Assembly: GCA_004431415.1 (NCBI GenBank)
Contig: QPMI01000408.1
Location: 558,001-622,000 of the forward strand
Length of the DNA: 64,000 nt
From: Cyanophora paradoxa CCMP329
Taxonomy: Eukaryota > Plantae > Glaucophyta
Reading direction: 5' to 3'
Shown: positions 52,510 to 64,000 of the stretch, piece by piece
Layout of the letters: the number at the start of each line of letters is the position of its first letter
How positions within the stretch are numbered: the stretch's first letter is position 1
Translations under genes and position numbers: made by a program
Notes under the pieces: model-generated
Database searches by the model: none
What the model saw: the letters and a program-made list of their open reading frames with translations, nothing else
What the model was told of the DNA's origin: nothing

Positions 52510-53563
52510 CTATGACACCTTCGCTGCAGACTGAGACGCCTTAATCCTCTGGAATACTTGTCTTATCGACTGCTGAATTGGAGGGATATCTGGGAAGTGA
52601 GCGAGAAGCTTGGAAACATCGAGCTCGCAAAACGGCCGAGGGGCTTTTTGCAGTTCCTTAACCTCCTCATCGGATGCCTCCACCCAGATGAAGTTCTCAT
52701 CGATGTATTCTTTGTACAGGGTCAAGATAGTCCGCTGGTCCAATGTCCCGGGATTGGTGAAGTTGAAGTTGCCAGTGAGACCCCGGACAGGCATCTCAAT
52801 CAAGGCCGGCCACAGGTCGTCCAGAACTGAAAACGAGCTGGGTATGTTCACCACCTTTGCATACTTTGTCAGCTTTGCGGGGACACTCCTCGCATGGAAG
52901 TCGTCTGAAACAGGATAAAGAACACGCTGGAAAACTTGTTAGCTGCTATTGGAGTGCCTTCCAGTTGCTTTAAATTTCAACAGACTCACGAGGTTCAAGA
53001 CGTTGGGGAACTCTCGAATCAGCTGCTCGAGAAGAATGCGCATTCTGACATAGAAATTTCCCTGGAAATTTGGAGGGTCCTCCTCTTTGTATTTCGCCCC
53101 GCTGCCGAGGGGGTGGTCCTGGTCGTACGTGTACAAGGATCCCGTGCCGATAAGCGTACAGTGAATCCCCCTCGTGAAGCAGGCGTCAGCTACGTTGAGC
53201 TGAGCAAGGACGTTTGCTCGGATGGTCTCCACGCGATGCGTCTCACACCAATCCTGGAGATGGCTTCAGCGCGAGCTCCTACAGACGAGCATCGCAACTG
53301 TAACACTGACGATGTTCGGACGACCGGCGACGCCCGCGAAGCACAGGACGTATTTCGGCTTAATGTCATCCAGGACGCGCTGCAGCTCTTCCCTGTTCTC
53401 GATGCGGACCGAAGAAGTCGTATACGACTTGCCCTTGGCCTGAAGCCACTTAACGGCGTGCGAGCCGAAGTAGCCTAGGACGAAGCGTTGGCGCTCAAGT
53501 GGCGCGGGCGCCGCGCGAGGCGTGCTCGCCTGTGGCGCCAAGGACGAGGTAGTCTGGCGACAT
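52510..53563 (-). CDS. Nucleotide-rhamnose 3,5-epimerase/4-reductase (NRS/ER, UER1-like)
   Basis: LVLGATGYFG, AGVAGRPNIDWCETHRVETIRANV, YTYDQDHPLGSG..KEEDPPNFQGNFY, KLTKYAKVVNIPSS, GNFNFTNPG. Confidence 0.92.
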
Positions 53564-54072
53564 AGCGACGATAGCGACGCGCCGCGTACAACCGGCGGAG
53601 CTGAAGTCGAGAGGCGAGACCGCGCTCCGGCGCGCTGCAAGATCGCACGCACAGACGGATTAGCATACGCATGCATATCGCATGCACCTCGGAAGCACCT
53701 GATCTCCTTTCAAGCGCGTGCGCCCTGTGGCCCCTGCAGCCCTGCTCGCTGGAAGGGTACGTAACTATACAGCCAGCGAAAAGGTACAGATAGCGGACAT
53801 ACATACAGATAGCGGAGCTCAGCTTTAGTTCCGCGACCGATCGCAAAAGCTCCCCCCGCCCTGCGGCTCGAAAGCTAAGCGCGTTCGAGCGGAACGCGAT
53901 CATGCTCGCCGCACCTCCATGCTCGGAGACAGAGTGCGGGAGCGCCGTGCAGCTACTTCGAAGGGTGTTTCGCACGCTGCGGCCTCCCGCTGCAGCGCAT
54001 GGGATCGACGCGGCTTTGCCTTCAGCTGGCGAGGCGGTCCTCCTGCACAGCCTCGTCATCTTCAACCGCGAG

Positions 54073-55527
54073 ATGGACGTAGCCGCCTCGTCTGCAAACA
54101 CATCCGCTTCCCGGCAGCAGGGTTCGCGGGCCTGGCTTTCCCCTGCGCCGTAGCTAAACAGCCGCCCTACAGGACCAGCTAGCGATTCGTCGTCCTCATC
54201 GACGGTGCCGGTCGACAATGACAACATATTCAAGAGGTTTCTTTCGACCGTGATGTATGCACCGCGAGGCTCTCGAGTGACAGCTGCTGAGAGCTCAAGG
54301 CCCGTGCAGGATCACATCTGTGGGCAGTGTCGGCAAGCTCATATTGAAGGGCCTGAATCGCACCGTCGTGAGTGGTCTTCGCGAATAAGTATTAATATTA
54401 GTCTGGGAGTTGACATGGAGAGCTGCTTTGCTCTAGATCTTCGAAGAGGATAAGCTGTACAAGTACATCGAGAAGCGGGAGTCAGGCCAGAGCCTTTTGA
54501 CAGTGTGCAACCACCTGTCGTTCATTGACGATCCCTTTTTGATGGTACCGATTTCAAGCGCTTGCTTCCGCGTAGCTCCTGATCTTGAAGTGCAGGCCAC
54601 CATTCTTCCGTACAGGTTCTTGTGTAGGCCCAGGCAATATGTCAGGTGCTTGTCCTGTCTCCGTAGATTGAGGTGAACTGACGTGTCAGCAGATGGAGTC
54701 TTTGCGCTGAAGTATGCGAAGCATGTAAATCTCGCAGTCTGCCTCCTCTGACTCAATTGCTCAGGATATGTGTTTTTTTAATCCATTGATTGGGGCATTC
54801 TTTGGCACGGGCCAAGTGTTGCCTGTCAAGCGCGGTGGAGGACTCGACCAGAAGGTTATCGGGCTCGAAGCGAGTGATTGACACTTCATACTCAAAGCCC
54901 AATGCAGGAGATAGGGGTTGCTGTTGACAAGCTCAAGAGTGGTGGGTGGATACACATCTTCCCCGAGGGCCGTATATCTGTCGATGGGCAACTTCTTCCT
55001 GTCCGGAGAGGTGTTGGGAAGCTGATTTACGACACACCACGCCCCCCACTAGTCATCCCATTCTATCACGGTAATCATCCGTTCCCTCCCGTCCTTGACT
55101 TGGAGATTGAGCTAGATTATTCTTTGTGCAGATGGGATGCAGAGAGTGCTTCCACTGGGTGCGTTCGTCAATTCCCATGTTCCTACTGGCCGCTTGTTCC
55201 TTACCCGTTTTCCATCAGGCAACGTCCTCCCTTCCGTAGGAGAAAATGTGCGCAGCCAGAACAGGGCTCACTCTGACCTTGAAGTCACATACTCGAAGGT
55301 TTACGTTGTCATTGGGGACCCGATTGACTTCACGGCCTTGGTCGAGGAGCATCGCAGGAAAAATAGCCCTCCGTGCGTGAACCCGCATGTCATGTTCAAC
55401 CTGCTACTTGTTCACCCCATGCGTGTGCAGGACTGTTGTGTTTGGGCTCATTGCACGGAGAATAGAGGATGAGCTTGCCGCTCTGCACAAGAAGTGTGAA
55501 GAAATGAAGAAGACTGTCTCTCAGTAA
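54073..55527 (+). CDS. TAZ: Tafazzin-like phospholipid transacylase
   Basis: LLTVCNHLSFIDDP, RWSLCA..DMCF, VLPVKRGGGLDQ, WIHIFPEGRI, GVGKLI, PLVIPFYH; start approximate. Confidence 0.88.
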
Positions 55528-56172
55528 AATTTACATGAATGAACTAAAGGTTCTCTTTGAGAACCCGAAGGGACCCGAAGGGAGGATCTCTGGGTGTTCA
55601 AAATTTGGAAGTGGCGCAAGGGGCCATGCCATAATGCAGTGAGCGCTCCGAATACGTTGAAAAATCGAATCCGAACTCTGAAACTGCAGCCGAGGAAAGT
55701 TGATATCAATTGGTCCAGAGCATGTGCGGCTGTTTCTCTCGCCCAATTGCATGCATTAATGCAGCTCAGCCGTTCTGCCCTGAACACACTGAGACAGCTA
55801 GGTCTTCAAAAAATTCACCGGTAGACCTCAGACCGTACTGGGGTTTGCGCCATCACGCGCACTACCCTAGGCCTTGTAAATTGTTTAGCGCTAGCTGGTT
55901 CACTGTTGATTCAATGATTGTGCCTGGGGCCTTTCGTCAAAACCGTTCGAAACCGATTAATATTAATGGGACCCAGGACACTGCCCCCCCCCCCCCCCCC
56001 TCGAATTCCGCATGATTATAAGCTTAAGCTTTCCGGTTCAGCATGATTATAAGCTACTGTAGCGCCATCGCACCTGCTAGCTAGCCTAGGACTGCCGGGC
56101 CAGCTGTCATCGAATGTGATGTGCTCCTGCTTCCGTTTCCGAGTGGGCCAATTGCGCTTTGAGGCGCATTGA

Positions 56173-56245
56173 TTCAAGGGTGCTTCAAGGCGCACACTTT
56201 GAATTTTCCTTGCTTCAAGGGTGCTTCAAGGCGCGCGCTTTGAAT
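56173..56245. repeat. ~41-bp-period imperfect tandem duplication downstream of kinesin-13
   Basis: ttcaagggtgcttcaaggcgcRcRctttgaat occurs twice. Confidence 0.8.
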
Positions 56246-56301
56246 ATCGATTTCGAATCCACGTGAAAAAAAGCCAGTGTACAGATAGCAGGAAACTAGA
56301 G

Positions 56302-59228
<2,927 letters not shown>

Positions 59229-60385
59229 CGGGAGTTTCGACTCGCTCGGCCCCAGCGCGCGGGAGCTACGGCGGCCGCGTTTCAACCGGTTCTAAAGTGG
59301 GTACACCCGAATTCGAATTTTCGCCGTAGCCGTTCTCCCTCCTGATTAATTTTCTTCGAATTCATGGTCATATTCATGCGTTCGATTCGGCGAATTCATC
59401 ATATGTTGTAGCATATTTCGCAAAACCTAAAGTTATATATATATAGCTAGAACTGAATCGCAAAATCCGACGGTACATATACGTATACGTATACCGGTCT
59501 ATGGCCAGGCTGGGCTACAATTTCAAATCAAGTTTTTATTCAATGAATTCGCACACACCGAGACAATACGGCTAATGATAGAACTGAGGTGTCCGTAAAG
59601 TGTCAAGTCGAAAGATGAGCCTACTGGTTACGCCGGGTAGGGAACCTAACAGCCATCGGACAGGGTGGAGCTAGTCAAGGAGACGTAAACTAAAGCAAAG
59701 CTAACCCAGAGCAGAGAGCTACTACCTATACATCTAGCCTAGCTTAGGACTAGGCTACAGAGAGGACTACCCAGGGGTCTACGAGTGCTGCCTGCTAGTG
59801 CTGCCTGCCTAGGGACCGTCGGGACGTCCGGAGCTCGCGGGCTAAGTATATTATATGCGCCGGCCGCTTCAAGCTTGCGCATGCAATTGCAATTGCGACT
59901 CGCTGCAGCTGGCGCGGCGCCGGCCGGCGCGCGCGCGCACGCACGCGCACCATCGCCATGGCCAGCCGCGCCGGCGCCAGCTATAGCTAGCGCCGCGGCC
60001 GCGGCCGGGCCGGCGCCTCACGTGCATGCACCGCGTACGTGCACTAGTACTGTTATACTATGATAATTAATTTCCCACTAAAAACCCTGCCTATATTTAG
60101 GCCTTGCTCATGGCCTCGAGCTCAGACCGCCTAGTTAGGCCCTGCCATGGTGCTCATGATCATGGGCATGGCCACACATATGCATGTTCCACAGCACCTT
60201 ATAATCCAGCACCACAGTATCTATATCTCGAACATCTGTATCCAGCACTGTGGCACACTGAAGTCAGCTTTCTCAGGCTCGAGCAAAGCCCCACCTAAAT
60301 GTGCATGCAGCTGTAACCGTGCTCACTGGATGCTAGTGCTTGAAAGGATCAACGTGCGACCAGCTGCATAAAAAATGGGTTCTCT

Positions 60386-62485
60386 TCATGCAGAGGGACT
60401 CTTCTCAAGGGCGAGGGCTGCCCGCAGGCGTTCGAACTCCAGGCGCTCTTCCTCAGTGATGGGGGTCAGATCCAGCTCAGTTGGCTCCTCTGACCTGAGA
60501 TGCATTATCAGACCAGGGGGAAGGGGGAATACAAACGGATCCCTCCTACCATCCAAGTCGTTTCATGAATTCCACCTCCTCTGGTGTGGGAGGGACCTCG
60601 TCCCCTTCAAAAGGAAGAGCTGGGCTCTCCACGGCAGAAAATTCCTCTGCAGGCGGCCCTTGCTCGTTCGCTGGCGGATCTGCAAGCCGCTCCCAAGATT
60701 CTTCTACCATGTCAGAAGCATCACTGGAAGGCAAGCAAATCTTGAGGGGTTCCGCTGAGGGCATAGCAGCAGCGTTTTCGTCTCTGGGCGATTGCTGTAG
60801 TGGGGCAAGTTGAGCAAGCAAAACTGCATGTTGGAAAAAAACAGAAGAGTACCACGGGAATGCGAAGCTTTTGAGCAGGGACAAAAGGAGTAGAAGCTGC
60901 CCACATGTCTGGCGATGGGGACAATGAAGGCGATGACTGGCTCGCGATACCGATGCCCTTGGGTGATCGAGGGGATATCTGACTCTATGGTTGCACCGCT
61001 TTGCATCAGGAACTGCCGAAGCAGGCTGCAAGGAGCGGAGGGACAAACCTTCATTGGTGATGCAACACGCAATTGAGCCTGATGAACTGGCTGAAGGTGT
61101 GGAGGAGGACGCTGATGTGCGATCTTGGGCTGGGCTCCATTTGGTTTTATTGCCGAGGGGCCTCCCTTTTTTAGAAGAGTGAAGGACGACGACTTTGGTA
61201 TCAATTTTGCAAGCTTTTCCACTTCTCTCTGGTCGGAGATCGACAGAAGATTCGGCGCTGGGTGCTGAGGGGTGATTGGCAGTTCGTTCGTGGTGAATGA
61301 GGAGCTGCGAAGCAGAGGGACCATGGGCCGTGCCATGGGGACGACCTCTGGGCGTTCGGGGCGCCGGGACATGGACTCGCTGTAAGAGCCTGCGAAAGAA
61401 TCCCATCGAATGCTTTAGCGCTCGCGAGGCGGAAGAAGGAGCAGAGGCAAGGTCAGCGCAACGCACTTTTACCCCAAACAGAGGGCGCCTCGGTCTTTGG
61501 CTGAGCCTGACCCGATTGGCCCAGAGTCTTCCAGATGCTCCCAGTTTGTTTTAGCGCCGGGAAGTCTTCACTGTTCAGCCCACTGCTGCGAGCAGAGAGA
61601 TTTGATGATCGCTCGGGGAGGCCGCTTCTTCCAGATGAGTCTGCCCTGCCGGAATGCTCTGCGACCCGTGCTGCCCGAGACTGACAGAGGATCGCTGTCA
61701 GCGAAAAGGAAAACCGCCCGAAAGCGTAGCGCGGATCTGCACCGATGAAGCTGGCCCGCCGCCGCGTTTCGCATGGCCCGACGCCCCGCTATTAGCTCCA
61801 GATCCGTTCGGCGCGCCTGCGAAAAGGAAATTGGCTGAAGCTTGTGCACATATGCGAGGCACTCCCACCATTGAGGTGCAGCCACTGGGGAGCAAGCGCC
61901 GGCTCCATCGCCTCCACCAACGCGCGGCGTCACCGCGGGACACCCGCGAGGACTAAAAGCTTCGACTGCTAGATCGTGCAGACGGCGCCGAGAAGTGTGC
62001 TCTTGAGCTGATCTGTTCGCTGCTCGCTCCTTCGGCGCCCTGATTGAGTCTGTTCTGCTTTTGTTCGCGGTTGCTCTCTGCTCGACAAGCGCGCAAGATC
62101 CAGCGACCTGTTGTTCGGTTTGACGCGCCGCTGCCGGCACTCAAGCTACTGCGTCGACTTGTGCGAGTGAGCTCGAGTCAAAGAGGTTGATGTGGAAGGC
62201 ACGCTGATCGGCAGAACGGCTGAGGCGGGCTGGCTGGCTGGTCGGCTGTGATTTTCTGTACCCCAACGGCCGGGTTGGTCCCGGTTGGACCCGGTTGGCC
62301 CAGGTTGTCCGGTCTGCATGCATGCTAGCGCTGGTTCGGTGCACGCATGCGCGGGCCCTATTCCGGATCCTAGCCTCGGAGCTCGCCCTCTCTGGATGCC
62401 CTCTGCCCGGCCTCGACGGCCTGCGCCTCAATTGCAACAAACAGGTTCTTGAGGTCTCACTGTTCCACCGCAGCTGACTTCTCAT
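60386..62485 (-). CDS. Low-complexity protein with GPBP1/vasculin-like C-terminal motif
   Basis: C-terminal PTPEEVEFMKRLGW...PITEEERLEF resembles the family terminal motif as recalled; start uncertain. Confidence 0.5.
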
Positions 62486-62690
62486 CTTCTCAGAGGAGAA
62501 CCGGGGGGAGGTGGGGAGGGGGGCGGGAGAAGGGGACAGAAGCCTTGAAGAGCTGAGTCCGCCTCAAATTGTCCAACCTTAAGTGTAGTAAGGGTAAAAA
62601 AGTCTTTGGGACCGCGCGGCCTCAATGGGCAGGTCACTGAGTCACGGAAAATCAAGTATACTTACACCAGCTCTGCTAACTATGACAAAC

Positions 62691-63552
62691 TCAGAGCTCG
62701 AGGCCACTTGTCTTGAGGACGTATTCACGCATGATCTCTAAATTTGATTCCTCAAGATCCTTCTCAACGAGTCCTCTCATGTTGCTCCACTCGAAGCTCT
62801 CCTTTGCATACATTTCGCGGACCTTGAGCACGCGAAGCGCCATTGATTGATCGTCGTTCATCAGCTCGCGGATGAATTGATCTCCATCTCTATAGGTAGG
62901 TGCACGTGAGCTGCACTGTAACTGAACAACGAAAAACAATGCACCTCAGTGAATGTGCGGATGCGAACTTGTGCAACTTCAGAAAAGCGTCCTGGCTTCC
63001 GAGTTCCTGCTCAAGGCTTAACCGGGACAGGGAAAGCAGCAAAAAGCCATCCAGAAGACCAACCTGAAGCTGTCGAAGCACAATTCGAACCGAAAGCCAA
63101 GTAAAGAAGTGTTTGAGCTGGTCCGCGAGTTCGCGCTCGGGCGAAGCATGGCCCTCTGCGACACGAAACTGTCAATGTACAAAAAATATATGTCGCTAGC
63201 TATAGCCCCGGCCCAACCCACCTCCGCCGACGTCGATCGTCTCCGCGCGCGCGCTTTCGAAGTATCGATGCGGCTGTGAGGCGACTTCGACGTGAACGCT
63301 CGCGTCTCCGGATCCGTAGGATCGCTGCGGCCGCGAGGCGTGGCTGAACCGACGGCCGCGCCAGCCGGCCGTTGGCACAAAAGAGGAGAGGCCGCTGGAT
63401 ATAGCGCTTCTGCCGCTTCTATCGCTGCGACTTCGCCGGCGGGTCGCTGCTGCGGCTGCTGTCTGCGTCGCGCAAGCGGTCGCACGCTGCGGCAGCCTGT
63501 GGTCGTACGCGAGCTGGCACAGCGCAGTTGCCACGTACGTCGCGCTCGGCAT
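62691..63552 (-). CDS. rbcX: Nucleus-encoded Rubisco assembly chaperone RbcX with N-terminal extension
   Basis: SPERELADQLKHFFTWLSVRIVLRQLQ, DGDQFIRELM, MALRVLKVREMYAKESFEW, EESNLEIMREYVLKTS; Ala/Ser/Arg-rich transit-like N-terminus. Confidence 0.88.
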
Positions 63553-63745
63553 CGTGGCGCTGCTGCTCTTTCGCGCCTTCGCCGCAGGCTTCGCGGCAGA
63601 ACTGGGTATAACAGGCGCGAGACACGAACCGACGCAGACTCCAGGGGTACGACTGCCGATCGGCCGGCCATCAGTGCGCCATCGGCCCTGGCGCATCTCG
63701 ATCTGCGTGATGTGTGCTGATCAAGCGCAACCCGCAGCGAATCGG

Positions 63746-64000
63746 ATGGCCGCGCCGACGTTTCGAGTCCGCGGGTTGCACAATCTGGGGCAGACCTGCT
63801 ACTTCAACGCGCTCCTCCATGTACGTCAGCTGGAGCTTAATTTTGTGCACGCCGCTGTAGCTGATCAGACGGCCTCCCGGCCGTGCTATCGCGTGCAGTG
63901 TCTCGCCGCCGTTCCGGCGTTCACGGCCTTCGTACGGAGGCTTCGCGCGCGCCTGAAGTCGCAGAATACGCTAAACGCTAGCCGCGAAGTCGAGATCACG
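63746..64000 (+). CDS. Ubiquitin-specific protease (peptidase C19), 5' part
   Basis: Cys box GLHNLGQTCYFNALLH|CLAAVPAF; runs off the window. Confidence 0.85.
   Translation, partial: MAAPTFRVRGLHNLGQTCYFNALLHVRQLELNFVHAAVADQTASRPCYRVQCLAAVPAFTAFVRRLRARLKSQNTLNASREVEIT

Overview
Gene-dense eukaryotic nuclear DNA with many short (~50-65 nt) spliceosomal introns, so the supplied ORF track shows only exon fragments and antisense shadows. An RbcX gene plus cilia-associated genes (DNAAF6, EFCAB10-like) suggest a flagellated alga with form-IB Rubisco, possibly a glaucophyte (inference). About 20 genes can be reconstructed: a triple-homeodomain/RG-rich protein, MYST acetyltransferase, SMC1, Tra2/SR45a-like RRM, bromodomain+SET1-like methyltransferase, TPR protein, LCB1, DNAAF6, EFCAB10-like, beta-COP, KH/FUBP-like, MUS81, RPL27A, NDUFS8, NRS/ER, tafazzin, SAM-kinesin-13, GPBP1-like, RbcX and a USP (truncated). 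The window opens with a ~3.66-kb tandem duplication that has a templated junction. The most striking signal is a rule-like micro-insertion process in non-coding DNA. Pairwise comparison of duplicated segments shows a 3-mer X repeatedly converted to X-rc(X)-X (+6 bp) or X-C-rc(X)-G-X (+8 bp), which would explain the palindrome-saturated intergenic DNA and resembles hairpin-mediated transposon excision footprints. Other notable features are frequent GC-AG introns, an intron homologous to a dispersed repeat, and an intron flanked by a direct repeat. Gene coordinates are hand-spliced spans (start to stop, introns included) and are approximate.
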